This document shows, one piece after another, positions 19,501-29,777 of a stretch of DNA of 59,599 nt. Position numbers and translations under genes: made by a program. Source of the stretch: Thermodesulfobacteriota bacterium (lineage in GTDB: Bacteria > Desulfobacterota > Desulfobacteria > Desulfobacterales > B30-G6); contig JBDLJD010000004.1 of the NCBI GenBank assembly GCA_039714495.1, positions 1-59,599 on the forward strand, written 5' to 3'. The notes below the pieces were generated by a model. That model was given only the letters and a program-made list of their open reading frames with translations, did no database searches and had not been told where the DNA came from. Numbering within the stretch: position 1 is the stretch's first letter; each line of letters starts with the position of its first letter.

Positions 19501-22500
19501 CCTAATTTTGATGTGCCGATAAAACAAGGGCCATATTCGTCAGCAGTCAAGGGAAGCAATCCCGATGACCCTGCGTCGGATGACAGGGGACCTACCACAA
19601 ATTCAGACATGTGATCCAACAGGACACCCATGGTAAAAGTAGTCAGGCCTGCTTCCGGCACGTTGTAGCGAGTGGCCAAAATGGTTCCCCCCACATGGAT
19701 GTCTTGGCCTCGCCAGGTGCCATTCACACCGGCCGGTTTCAGTTCACCGTTTGTTTCGACCTGGTAAAGCACCGGATGGTTAATTCGGTCTGGCAGTGTT
19801 GCATCCAGGGATACGAACATGACACCATTTTTCAATCTCAATTTCTTGCTCGAACCCATGCTGAACGGCACTACATCCGGACCTATCCCCTTGGACATAT
19901 AAGGTTCAGGGGCTATTGCCCTCGGCGGAAGGATGATGTCCGCATAGGGCATCCACCCTTCTATATTTTCAACCTCGAACATAGTTCCGGGTTCCAGCAC
20001 GACCTTTATTCCGGTAATTTTTTCCCTGGTCCCACCTGCCAGGCTGGAAGTATCGCTGTTGAGCGTGATGAAGGAAGGGACAAGGCCTTCGTTCAGGCGC
20101 ACGATTCCGGATGTGGAAATCGCCTCTGAAAAAGTATCCAGGTCGAGGAGGCGAAATATTTCAAGCCGGGCGATACTGAATTCGTTGAACTCATCCTCTG
20201 TGTTCACTACCTGTATCTGGTATCGCCCTTCTGCAAAGTCCCCGGCAATATCGACGACAGCGGTGGTAGTGGTGGAGTTGACCCAGGCGATGTCCACCAG
20301 CGCCGTGGCCACTCCCCTGGAATCGATAATATTGACGCCTTGGAGGGTGTCGTTGAAATAATTTCCAACGATAGTTAGGGCGGTCCGGGCCCCTGTCGGA
20401 ACGACTGACGGCGTAACGGTTCGAACTGTTGGAAGTGGGGGGGTGGCTTCGATGATATCGATCCTGTCTTCAGTGGACAGCGACATGCCGTGGGCGTTGA
20501 CGACCCTTGCACGGTAAGTGCCTGCGGGGGCGCCATGCGGTATGTTGCCTGACGTCAGCTGTCCGGTCCCCCGGTCGCTTGGGATATCGATAATCGTGCG
20601 TTTATCTTCCAGGAGGATGATATTGCTGCCGGCTGTCTCTAAAAAATTGCGGCCTTCGATAAGAAGCTCATTTGTTTGTGAACTCTCAAAACTGCGGCTC
20701 CCATGTTCAAGCGTCACCAGGTATACTTCCGGAACGGTGCTATCGGTATAAATTGACGGCACATTGCTTAATATCGACTCATTGCCGGCCATATCGGCAG
20801 CAGTAACGGCGAAATAGTACATTTTCCCCGGAGACAGCCCGTTTACAATGAACTTTTCCTTAAATCCTGCACCGCCGGGAATGATATCACAAAACACTTC
20901 CACGGCATTTCCCAGGTCTTCTTCAGTGATCGGACTCGTCGAATAAAATATGCGATAGTAAAGGATGGCTTCCGATGCCTGAGCCGACGACCAGGACCAG
21001 GCGAGTTGCACCGCTTTTGAATCGGCCAGCATATGTTCATCGGGATAACCCGGCTTCTTGTTCTCAACCGTCAACACTGCGGGATTTGCGGGGGTCAGAT
21101 CCACACGCCAGTGGTGGCATGTAGCGCTTTTTGTGGAGGAACGGCCATCTTCCGAATCGTCCTGCCAAGAGTTGTTGCCAAAAGCGTTGACACAGAGGGT
21201 GTGTTCACCTTCGCTCAGTCCGGCGATCTTTAGGGTCGAGCCCATATCCCCATGAAACCAGATGCGACCGTTATCGAGGGTATAGGTATATCTTTCAACC
21301 GGGATTGCACCTGCTGCTGAGGTGATGCCGATGTCGATCGACGCTTCGCCGGTGATCCTGGCCGGCAGGTTTGTCAATACTGCAGTCGGTATTCCCGAGT
21401 CCACTGTCCAGGCAATGACCGTGGCGTTTTCTTCTGCCTGCCAGTTGCTGACGCGGTCCGCTCCAACCACTTTGAGGGTGTGCGGTCCGTCCACTAGTTC
21501 AGGGAGCACGATCGGCTTAGACACCGGGGAAGCAGCACTCAACTCCCCATCATCCAGCGCGTAACGGAAAGCCGCCACATCCTTACCGCTGACGAAGATG
21601 TCGGCCCGGGCAGGGCCGATGACGCCACTGGGGTGATTCGAGAGTACAGCCACAGGTGGCGTGGTGTCGATAATCCAGGAGACAACTGTGGCCTCCTGTT
21701 CGGATTGCCAGGTTTCGGAGGCGTTTTTTCCAACCACCTCAAGCACATGCTCGACTTCGTCGAACACATCGAATTCAATCCAGCTTTCGATGCTTTGTTC
21801 TGAACTCCATGGGCTGTTGTTCAGGCGATAGCGGTAACTGATCACGCCGGCCCCTGTGACCTGCATACGGTAGCTGGTGGCCCTGTTTAGAGGGGCCGGT
21901 GCAGGGAAAACCACGGCACGGGGTACTAAGGATAGACCTGCGGTGACAAAAGTTTGCTCTTCCCCGTATACAGTACCCACGGTATTGGTGGCATAGGCAC
22001 GTACATAGTAACGGGTATCAGGAATCAGGTCGCTCATCTCACTGGCGAATGTTCCCGGGGTGCCTACGGCGCCAAGTCCCGTCCGGTTGTCCTCGATCCG
22101 TGGATTTCCGGTAGCATTCCAGCAGATACCATACTGGGACAGGGGCGGGTTACCGGGAAAGATGATTTCGCCACTCACCGTTGCACTTGTTTTGCCGATA
22201 CCGGTGACCAAAATTGTCGCCACCGAAGGGCTGTCAATGACCGTGATGGTAAAGGTCTGTGTGTCGACACCTTTGTTCCCGTCTGAAACCTTCAATTTCA
22301 GCTTTTCGGAAGTGATCATGCCAGTAGTGGGTGTCCAGGCAATAGCGCCCGTGTCAGGATCGATAGTCATATTGGGCGGTTTTGAGTCTAACGACCATGT
22401 CAGCGCGTCGTTTTCAGGATCCCGAGCGGATGGAAGATAGGCATAAAGTGTGTTGCTGTGGGCTTCGGTTCGGGGATCCGAGGTGATAACTGGCGGGTCG

Positions 22501-23438
22501 TTGACAGCAGTTACCCTGAACCTGGCAGAATCCCTGTCTGAAAGGCCGCCTGTATCGGTGGCCGTAAAGGTAATGGTCTCGGACCCGTTCCAGTCTGGTC
22601 CGGGTGCGGTAACCTTGACCACATGCGAAGTGCGGTCGATAGCAACCACGAGTTCGCGGTTACCACTGTAAGTCCAGGCGATGTCACGGTCAGCATCCTG
22701 ATCATCTTTGACAAAATTGTCCAGGTTGAAACTTGCAAACCCAGTGTCTTCGGCAATGGCTTGGTCGGAAATGTTCCCGACCACTGGCGGGTCGTTGACA
22801 GCGGTTACCCTGAACCTGGCAGAATCCCTGTCTGAAAGACCGCCTGTATCGGTGGCCGTAAAGGTAATGGTCTCGGACCCGTTCCAGTCTGGTCCGGGTG
22901 CGGTAACCTTAACCACGTGCGAAGTGGGGTCGATGACGACCACAAGTTCATTGTTTCCGCTGTAGGTCCAGGCAATGTCGCTGTCATTATCTTGGTCATC
23001 GGCGACAAAATTGTCCAGGTCGAAGCTGGCAAACCCAGTGTCTTCGGCAATGGTCTGGTCGGAAATGTCTCCGACCACCGGCGGATTATTTATACCATTG
23101 ACTGTGAATTTGGCCGCATCACTATCGGATTCGTCGTTCTTATCGGTAGCCGTAAAAATGATGGTTTCGGTTCCGGTCCAGCTTCGGTGCGGGGTTGTTA
23201 TCTTGGCGTCATTTTTTTTACTGATGGAAACGGACAGTTCGACATTACCAGTGAATGACCATGTAACTTTACCATCACCGTCGTCATCCAGGTATTTATT
23301 CAGCTTGATTTTGTCAAAAGAATCCCCCTCTTCAATCACCTGATCAGGGATGTCAGTGACCTCCGGGGCATCGGCACAAACGATTCCCGGGTAAACCGCC
23401 ATAAAGGCGTATAATATTATAACATATAGTGATTTCAA
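19404..23438 (-). CDS. Large secreted/surface protein with cadherin/Ig-like repeats, FN3 and IPT-like domains and a C-terminal CFI-type tail
   Basis: TTG start with signal peptide; VNDPP...ITFTATD repeats; 'YYVRAYATN' and 'YYFAVTA.D.AGNES' FN3; Ser/Gly linker then PCFIGT; start codon uncertain. Confidence 0.85.
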   Translation of the reverse strand: MKSLYVIILYAFMAVYPGIVCADAPEVTDIPDQVIEEGDSFDKIKLNKYLDDDGDGKVTWSFTGNVELSVSISKKNDAKITTPHRSWTGTETIIFTATDKNDESDSDAAKFTVNGINNPPVVGDISDQTIAEDTGFASFDLDNFVADDQDNDSDIAWTYSGNNELVVVIDPTSHVVKVTAPGPDWNGSETITFTATDTGGLSDRDSARFRVTAVNDPPVVGNISDQAIAEDTGFASFNLDNFVKDDQDADRDIAWTYSGNRELVVAIDRTSHVVKVTAPGPDWNGSETITFTATDTGGLSDRDSARFRVTAVNDPPVITSDPRTEAHSNTLYAYLPSARDPENDALTWSLDSKPPNMTIDPDTGAIAWTPTTGMITSEKLKLKVSDGNKGVDTQTFTITVIDSPSVATILVTGIGKTSATVSGEIIFPGNPPLSQYGICWNATGNPRIEDNRTGLGAVGTPGTFASEMSDLIPDTRYYVRAYATNTVGTVYGEEQTFVTAGLSLVPRAVVFPAPAPLNRATSYRMQVTGAGVISYRYRLNNSPWSSEQSIESWIEFDVFDEVEHVLEVVGKNASETWQSEQEATVVSWIIDTTPPVAVLSNHPSGVIGPARADIFVSGKDVAAFRYALDDGELSAASPVSKPIVLPELVDGPHTLKVVGADRVSNWQAEENATVIAWTVDSGIPTAVLTNLPARITGEASIDIGITSAAGAIPVERYTYTLDNGRIWFHGDMGSTLKIAGLSEGEHTLCVNAFGNNSWQDDSEDGRSSTKSATCHHWRVDLTPANPAVLTVENKKPGYPDEHMLADSKAVQLAWSWSSAQASEAILYYRIFYSTSPITEEDLGNAVEVFCDIIPGGAGFKEKFIVNGLSPGKMYYFAVTAADMAGNESILSNVPSIYTDSTVPEVYLVTLEHGSRSFESSQTNELLIEGRNFLETAGSNIILLEDKRTIIDIPSDRGTGQLTSGNIPHGAPAGTYRARVVNAHGMSLSTEDRIDIIEATPPLPTVRTVTPSVVPTGARTALTIVGNYFNDTLQGVNIIDSRGVATALVDIAWVNSTTTTAVVDIAGDFAEGRYQIQVVNTEDEFNEFSIARLEIFRLLDLDTFSEAISTSGIVRLNEGLVPSFITLNSDTSSLAGGTREKITGIKVVLEPGTMFEVENIEGWMPYADIILPPRAIAPEPYMSKGIGPDVVPFSMGSSKKLRLKNGVMFVSLDATLPDRINHPVLYQVETNGELKPAGVNGTWRGQDIHVGGTILATRYNVPEAGLTTFTMGVLLDHMSEFVVGPLSSDAGSSGLLPLTADEYGPCFIGTSKLGQRLPFFRIATNSQTPKTVAARNPMMPMRDMP
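22489..23084. repeat. 294-bp near-identical intragenic tandem duplication (two 98-aa cadherin-like units)
   Basis: TGGCGGGTCGTTGACAGC starts at 22491 and 22785; long identical stretches between the copies. Confidence 0.92.
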
Positions 23439-23653
23439 GGAATCTACCTGTTTCCCTGGATGCTGAGTTCTGCCGTTAATGTTTCGGGCGCTCAGTCTGT
23501 TTCAGAGATCAAGACCTGATGTTACCATCTCCTGTCACATGATCGTTTCTGGTAGGAAGAGTCGACACAGAAGGCATTTTTCCAGTAAATCGATTGCACT
23601 AATCATCTAATATACGCATTTATCCATGAAATTCAAACAATATGAAAAAATGC

Positions 23654-23833
23654 CTATATTGCTTCAATCGAAAGCCGCGCCAAAGAGTAGCTGATGCCCG
23701 GGCGCTCGTTGAATCCGATGTCAATGTCCGCCATTTCCTTCAAATCATTGAAATAGGATACAAAGGCAGATTTAAGTCCAGATGCATCTTCCTGCCAGTC
23801 GTTGATAAAGTTATCTACTGCCTGCTTCTGCAT
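23654..23833 (-). pseudogene. N-terminal fragment of a conserved hypothetical protein, apparently truncated
   Basis: ATG at 23833 after a GGAG-rich leader; 'FINDW...LKSAF...RPGISYSL' resembles the start of a longer deltaproteobacterial hypothetical family (from recall); stops after 59 aa. Confidence 0.5.
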
Positions 23834-24019
23834 GCTCTTCTCACTTTCTCCCCCAAGGTTGCATAAACGCCGTTTTTGATAATTACTCACCTGAATCTTG
23901 CACGGGTCGGAGGCTTTCATTGAAGGCAGCCTCGGCATACAGTTCCGATTCAGTTGCATTGTCAACTGACAAATGTTACCCATTTTTAGGACATTGAATT
24001 GATGATCAAAAATAAAAAA

Positions 24020-25981
24020 ATGAAGAATGCCTACATGGGAAAAATCCTCTGGGTCGATCTGGAATCAGGCCGGCTCCAGGAGGAAGAAATAGACGAAACC
24101 ATCTACCGGGAATCCCTTGCAGGAACAGGTATGGCAGCCCGCATTCTCCTGGACAGGATCCCGCCTCAAACCGACCCCCTGGGCCCTGACAACATCATCT
24201 GTTTTGTTTCCGGATTACTGACCGGCACTGGTTCGCTTTTTACCGGCCGCTGGATGGTAGCCGCCAAATCACCCCTCACCGGCACATGGGGGGATGCCAA
24301 CTGTGGCGGCAATTTCTCACCGGCCATCAAACGCTGCGGTTATGACGGTATTTTTTTCAAGGGTGTGAGCCCCCAGCCGGTTTATTTCTGTATCAACGAT
24401 GGAAAGGCGGAGCTCAGGGATGCCCGCGATGTCTGGGGAAAAGACACCAAGGAAACAGAGGCCTTCCTGAAAAAGGAATCAGGATGCCGCATGCCGCGCA
24501 TCGCCAGCATTGGTCAGGCCGGTGAAAACATATCGCTGATCGCGGGCATTGCCAACGACGGGGGGCGCATGGCAGCCCGGTCCGGCCTCGGGGCGGTCAT
24601 GGGCTCAAAAAAACTGAAAGCCGTGGTTCTGGATGGAACACACCGGATCAGGGTTCACGATCAGGCAGAAATCAGACGGTTGAGCCAGAAATGCAATGAA
24701 AACATTCAATTCATGCCGCCCTTCCCCCCGGCCTTTGTACTGGCCTACATGGGCGCCATCCTGCGGGCCCTGCCGGCCCAGCCTTCTACAGAAACCCTGA
24801 TGTTCAACACCGTCTATAAACGCATGCTGCAGAAATGGGGCACAGCCAGCCTGAACCAGATATTGATCGAACTCGGTGATTCCCCCATAAAAAACTGGAA
24901 GGGCAGCAATGAAGATTTCGGACCGGAACACTCTGAAAATCTGAACCCGAATGTGTTTTCGGACTGTGTCATCGTAAAATACCACTGCTATGCCTGCCCG
25001 TTGGGCTGCGGGGGGATATGCCATCGCCCAGGCCTTCCCGGCGAAACCCACAAGCCGGAATATGAAACCGTACTGGCCTTGGGCGGCTTGTGTCTGAACG
25101 ACGACGCGGACAGCATATTCCGTATGAACGAAACCCTCAACCGGGCCGGCATGGACTCCATCTCGGCCGGCGGCACCATTGCTTTTGCCATCGAGTGTTT
25201 TGAAAAAGGGATTTTGACGCTCATAGACACAGATGGCCTTGAACTCACCTGGGGCAACAGTAAGGCTATCGAAGCCCTGGTGGACCGCATGATTCACAGG
25301 CAGGGAATCGGTGATCTCCTGGCCGACGGCGTGAGAGCTGCATCGCTTAAGATCGGCAAGGGGTCGGCTGAATATGCCATTCATGCAGGGGGCCAGGAAC
25401 TGGCCATGCATGACGGCCGGTATGATCCTGGATTTGCTTTGCACAACTGTGTGGAGGCAACGCCGGGACGGCACACCATCGGTTCGCAGATGTATTATGA
25501 GCTGTTCCAGTTGTGGGAAAAGGTGCCCGACCTGCCGGAACCCGGCCTGATTTACATGAAGCGCAGCAAATATGTTCCCGACAGGGAGAAAGCGGTGGCT
25601 GCGGCTACGTGCAGCAAATACATGAATGTCATCAACGGCTCCGGGGCCTGCCTTTACGGCGCGCTTATGGGGACAAAGGATTTCCCCCTGTTCGAGTGGC
25701 TGAATGCCGCCACCGGCTGGCAAATGTCGCCCCATGACTACCTTGAGATCGGGGCAGACATTCAGAGCATGAAGCAGCAGTTCAATATCAAGCAGGGCAT
25801 CAAACCTAGGGACATAAAGGTGACAGACCGGGCCCTCGGCCGCCCCCCCCTGACTGCCGGGGCCAACCAAGGCAGATCCGTACCAGTGGATAAAATGGTT
25901 AAAGATTACTGGGAAGTACTGGGATGGGACCCTGAATCCGGCACCCCTCTTTCAATCGGAAAAATGGATTGGGAGCTATAA
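24020..25981 (+). CDS. aor: Aldehyde:ferredoxin oxidoreductase family (W/Mo bis-pterin)
   Basis: YMGKIL.VDL, KSPLTG, GAVMGSKKLKA, CYACPLGC, EYET, MDSISAG. Confidence 0.92.
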   Translation: MKNAYMGKILWVDLESGRLQEEEIDETIYRESLAGTGMAARILLDRIPPQTDPLGPDNIICFVSGLLTGTGSLFTGRWMVAAKSPLTGTWGDANCGGNFSPAIKRCGYDGIFFKGVSPQPVYFCINDGKAELRDARDVWGKDTKETEAFLKKESGCRMPRIASIGQAGENISLIAGIANDGGRMAARSGLGAVMGSKKLKAVVLDGTHRIRVHDQAEIRRLSQKCNENIQFMPPFPPAFVLAYMGAILRALPAQPSTETLMFNTVYKRMLQKWGTASLNQILIELGDSPIKNWKGSNEDFGPEHSENLNPNVFSDCVIVKYHCYACPLGCGGICHRPGLPGETHKPEYETVLALGGLCLNDDADSIFRMNETLNRAGMDSISAGGTIAFAIECFEKGILTLIDTDGLELTWGNSKAIEALVDRMIHRQGIGDLLADGVRAASLKIGKGSAEYAIHAGGQELAMHDGRYDPGFALHNCVEATPGRHTIGSQMYYELFQLWEKVPDLPEPGLIYMKRSKYVPDREKAVAAATCSKYMNVINGSGACLYGALMGTKDFPLFEWLNAATGWQMSPHDYLEIGADIQSMKQQFNIKQGIKPRDIKVTDRALGRPPLTAGANQGRSVPVDKMVKDYWEVLGWDPESGTPLSIGKMDWEL

Positions 25982-25985
25982 GGTG

Positions 25986-26411
25986 ATGCCGTTCACGATT
26001 ACCGACCGGTGCATCGGTTGCAGCGTCTGCAAGAAAATATGCCCGGCAGATGCCATTCAAGGCGAAAAGGGTAAGCTGCACAAGATAGACCCAAACGCCT
26101 GCTACGAATGCAGCGCCTGCGGCAGAATTTGTCCCCAGTCGGCCGTAAAAAATGCCCAAGGCAAGTTCATCGAGCGTATCCGTATTCGAAGAAACTGGCC
26201 CAAGCCCAGCATCGATACTGCAAAATGCATGTCGTGCAACATTTGCATCGATGCCTGCCCCCGGGCCTGTCTGACGCTTCAGTATACCATGGATACCACA
26301 GACAAAAAGGGCTTTCCTGTCCTTGCCCGGTCCCGGAATTGTATTGGCTGTGAATTCTGCGCAGCGGCCTGTCCGGTGGAGGCGATTGTCATGACGGTTA
26401 ACCCGGTATAA
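25986..26411 (+). CDS. Polyferredoxin with four [4Fe-4S] motifs
   Basis: Four CxxCxxCxxxCP motifs; directly follows aor. Confidence 0.92.
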   Translation: MPFTITDRCIGCSVCKKICPADAIQGEKGKLHKIDPNACYECSACGRICPQSAVKNAQGKFIERIRIRRNWPKPSIDTAKCMSCNICIDACPRACLTLQYTMDTTDKKGFPVLARSRNCIGCEFCAAACPVEAIVMTVNPV

Positions 26412-26634
26412 AGAAATTAATGGAGTGATGGAGCAATGGAACAAATAAAGATAAAAAGGTGTCAGGTTTCAGGTGTCGAGTGTCAGGTTGGCTATCAGCA
26501 AAACGTTCAATGTTCGATGTTCATTTTACCCATCCACTCGCTCCAGACCCAACATTCCAATACTCCATTACTGGGAATTGTCTTTGGCAGGAAAGCTTTC
26601 CACTCACCTTCGCAGGATGAGTAAATAAATTTAG

Positions 26635-26808
26635 CTATTGTTCGAAATACTCTGGAGTGGCTTCGGACTTAACCAGCGTGTTGCCGCAATGGGGGCAGAA
26701 AGGGGTGGCTATGTTCTGCTCATCCACACATGCTTCCTGTGGGATATTGAGTTCATAGGATCCCGTACCGCCGTATTCGCATTCTTTTTCCGGGCATGAA
26801 AACTTCAT
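26635..26808 (-). CDS. 57-aa Cys-rich zinc-ribbon-like protein (not in the ORF track)
   Basis: AAGGAG RBS 8 nt before ATG; MKFSCPEKECEY...PFCPHCGNTLV...EQ*, with CxxxxC and CPxC pairs. Confidence 0.75.
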   Translation of the reverse strand: MKFSCPEKECEYGGTGSYELNIPQEACVDEQNIATPFCPHCGNTLVKSEATPEYFEQ

Positions 26809-27197
26809 ATCTGTAACTCCTTTATTTCATTATAACGTTTGGTACTATCCCTTAAAAAATAGGATGCTAATCATAATTCCTATCAATTTGCAATATCCAA
26901 AATTTACATCAAACGCTATATATGATAGTCACTTATCCTTCGATGGCAAGGCCATATCGCCATAATTTCCATGCCCTGAAGGGGGCAACGGGCATGAAAC
27001 AAACAAAATATATGGAACCTAAATTGAATACCATTCTCAAATGTGATGGGCTGTTTCTAATGAATGAATCTGATTGAAGTTATTATTCGGCTATGCTATC
27101 GAGATCAATCGCAAGATTCTCATGGATAGCGCAAGCTTCACTGCGTGTCCCACATGAAAATCATTATCTCTAAGGTTCATTATTGCAGGGTAGGACA

Positions 27198-28160
27198 ATG
27201 GGGACTGTAGATAAATTTATACGATACGATGCTGTTCTGGTTGCCGGGGAGGGGGAAGACAGCCACAGTGTGCTACGGCAACACAAAGCCTTTTTGAAAA
27301 TCAAGGACAAATTCGTCATTCAGTACGTTATCGAAACCCTCCAGCAGGTTCCGGCCATCGGGGATATCTATGTTGCCGGCCCGGTAGCCAAACTGAAATC
27401 TGCATTTGAGGAGGCAGGCCTGGATCTGTCCACACCCAAAAAGATTCACCTGGTCCAGCAAAAATCAAATCTGTTTGAAAATGCCTGGCACGCTTTCTTG
27501 AGTTCTTTGCCGGGATACGATGAAGTTCCGGTCCCCGACCTGTTCGAACACAGGGAAAAAGCGGTCCTGGTCGTCGCCTGCGACGCACCGTTGATAACGC
27601 CCCGGGAGGTTATCCATTTCATCGATCACTGCGACCTCGAGCAGTACGATTTCCTGGTCGGGCTCACGCCCGAGGAGCGGATGACCCACTTTTATCCTAA
27701 AAACGGTCAGCCGGGCATGAAGATGGCCTACCTGCACATGAAAGAGAAAAATTTCCGCATCAACAACCTTCAAATGGTGCGGCCCATGAAAGTCATCCAG
27801 CGCCGGAACATCAACACCCTGTATGCGTTCCGCTATCAGAAAAATATCATCAATGCCATTCTCCTGGGCATTTACCTCATGGGCAAGGAGCAGCCCAAAA
27901 GCATCCAGTTTTTCTCCGGCCTTCAGTTTGCGATGATTTCCAACCGGCTCGGCTTTCCGAAACTGACCAGACTCTTCAGCAGCTGGACCCCCAAGAAGGA
28001 GTTGGAAAAAGCCATTTCAGGACTGATGAATACCCGCTTTGCAGGGCTCGAGGTTCCCTTTCCCGGTGCGGCCCTGGACATTGACAACGACACAGACTTT
28101 CGCACCATGGGCATCATGTTTGACCAATGGCGTGACTATCTGGCCAAGCTTACCCCTTAA
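27198..28160 (+). CDS. MobA-like NTP transferase domain protein
   Basis: AVLVAG, HKAFL, ACDAPL, C-terminal LDIDN; start could also be TTG 27183. Confidence 0.75.
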   Translation: MGTVDKFIRYDAVLVAGEGEDSHSVLRQHKAFLKIKDKFVIQYVIETLQQVPAIGDIYVAGPVAKLKSAFEEAGLDLSTPKKIHLVQQKSNLFENAWHAFLSSLPGYDEVPVPDLFEHREKAVLVVACDAPLITPREVIHFIDHCDLEQYDFLVGLTPEERMTHFYPKNGQPGMKMAYLHMKEKNFRINNLQMVRPMKVIQRRNINTLYAFRYQKNIINAILLGIYLMGKEQPKSIQFFSGLQFAMISNRLGFPKLTRLFSSWTPKKELEKAISGLMNTRFAGLEVPFPGAALDIDNDTDFRTMGIMFDQWRDYLAKLTP

Positions 28161-28200
28161 TTTGAATTCATCCCGCTGCATACAGCGGGATGAATTCAAA
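28161..28200. terminator. Bidirectional terminator-like hairpin between convergent genes
   Basis: Perfect 18-bp inverted repeat TTTGAATTCATCCCGCTG-CATA-CAGCGGGATGAATTCAAA. Confidence 0.8.
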
Positions 28201-28201
28201 T

Positions 28202-29590
28202 CTAAAAGTGATATTGCAAATAAATGCAGTTGTAGTTGCTTCCGCCTTTGATATTTCCAAAGACGGCAGATGATTCAAACATCCCTGACCGGTGATGAAT
28301 GTAGTATCCCAGCCACAGGTCCTCCAGTGATTTGGTGCGAAAGAGTTCGCCCAGATTCAGATCCAGGGATAAATCAAGATAGTTCATCAGATTGCTGGGG
28401 GTGTAGCCTTTTTCCTCCATGTCCTGCTCTTCGATGTAGCTGATTTCCGAAGAATATGAAAGGCCCTCGCCGCATCCGAAGCGCCAGGCGATCGGCCATG
28501 TGAAGGTGTAGTACAGCTTCATGGCCAGAACGTATTCTAAAAACGGGTCCTGGACATCCGACTGGTGATGCCTCACCAGCCCAGGGGTTAGATAGATGGA
28601 AAAGGGTATGCCGAAAAATTCGTCAGCCAGGGGGTGGCCGTAAAACAGGGATGTGAGCTGATTGTTCTCATCATCGGGCACCGTTTGAAAAGTGACAATC
28701 TCCTGGAGGCTGGACGATGTGGCCCACCCGTGAGCCAGTCTGATGTAGGCGTCGGTTGTCAATCTCGGCGGCGGCTTCTGCCCCGGGTCGCTGAAAAAGC
28801 CGATGCCGAAAAAGAACTCGCCCTGGTAACGGCTGTCGATGACATCGCTGTCGGCGGTGTTGTTGTCAAGCACGCCCACTGCAGCGCGACCGATCAGGTG
28901 CAGGTTCTGGTAAACGTGAAGCCGTATGTCCGTTCCGATTTTAAAATCAAAACCTTGGCCCGGCGTATCGATATCCAGTCCATAGTACAGGTTGTTGAAC
29001 TCGGCGCTTTTCCAGCGCACCCTGCCAAAAGGCAGGAAGGTCCAGCGTCCGGTTTCAAACCGGTAATTGGTGTAGGACGCAATGTGGTATTTGCCCCGCT
29101 GGTCAATCATGAACTCCAGGTCAACATCCACGTCGGGAATGGGGATGTATTTGAGTTGAATACCGTAATCCAGGGCATTGCCGTCGTATTCCTCCTGGAA
29201 CTCTTCCGGCATGTCAAGAAAACGAAACCGTGCCAAGGCATTTATTTCCCAATGTTTTTTGGGAAATAATACCAGCCAGGAAGACATGCCATGCAGATTG
29301 AAGCGCTCGCCGTGGTAGTACATCAGGGGCACGATGTCGTTCACATGGTCTTCTTCGGCTTTAAAAGGGACAGATGCCGTACGCACACCAAGGGCAAGGC
29401 CCCACTCCTCGGGCGAATTGCTTTCAGCCAGAACAGGCTGTGCCGCCAGCAAGCTGCAGACAAACACGATCATTGTTACCCTGCACAACCACCAACGGCA
29501 GCCTTCGAATACTGATGTTTGCTTAGCTATTTTTATGACCTTCAACACGCTTTGAAATACGAATATTTTAATATCGCGGATAAACTTCAC
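28202..29590 (-). CDS. MipA/OmpV-family outer-membrane protein with an additional C-terminal barrel-like region
   Basis: Signal-peptide-like segment, 'FNNLYYG' MipA motif, amphipathic strands, C-terminal Phe; the real start is probably downstream of 29590. Confidence 0.75.
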   Translation of the reverse strand: MKFIRDIKIFVFQSVLKVIKIAKQTSVFEGCRWWLCRVTMIVFVCSLLAAQPVLAESNSPEEWGLALGVRTASVPFKAEEDHVNDIVPLMYYHGERFNLHGMSSWLVLFPKKHWEINALARFRFLDMPEEFQEEYDGNALDYGIQLKYIPIPDVDVDLEFMIDQRGKYHIASYTNYRFETGRWTFLPFGRVRWKSAEFNNLYYGLDIDTPGQGFDFKIGTDIRLHVYQNLHLIGRAAVGVLDNNTADSDVIDSRYQGEFFFGIGFFSDPGQKPPPRLTTDAYIRLAHGWATSSSLQEIVTFQTVPDDENNQLTSLFYGHPLADEFFGIPFSIYLTPGLVRHHQSDVQDPFLEYVLAMKLYYTFTWPIAWRFGCGEGLSYSSEISYIEEQDMEEKGYTPSNLMNYLDLSLDLNLGELFRTKSLEDLWLGYYIHHRSGMFESSAVFGNIKGGSNYNCIYLQYHF

Positions 29591-29777
29591 AATGCATTCG
29601 TGCTATTTTGGCTACTCGACCCATTTGGGAAGAATTTGTTGGAAACCTCTTCCCTTCGGAAGAAACTACACAGCTAAAATTATTGTCCTTCCCGTTTCCA
29701 TCTCAAATTCCGACATGTGACATGACGAAGATCATAAACATATTCATTCCCGAGAGGGATAAAACCTACCTTATGCA

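Noticed and set aside
24605-25870. 421-aa minus-strand ORF
   Set aside because: Antisense shadow of aor with no recognisable motifs
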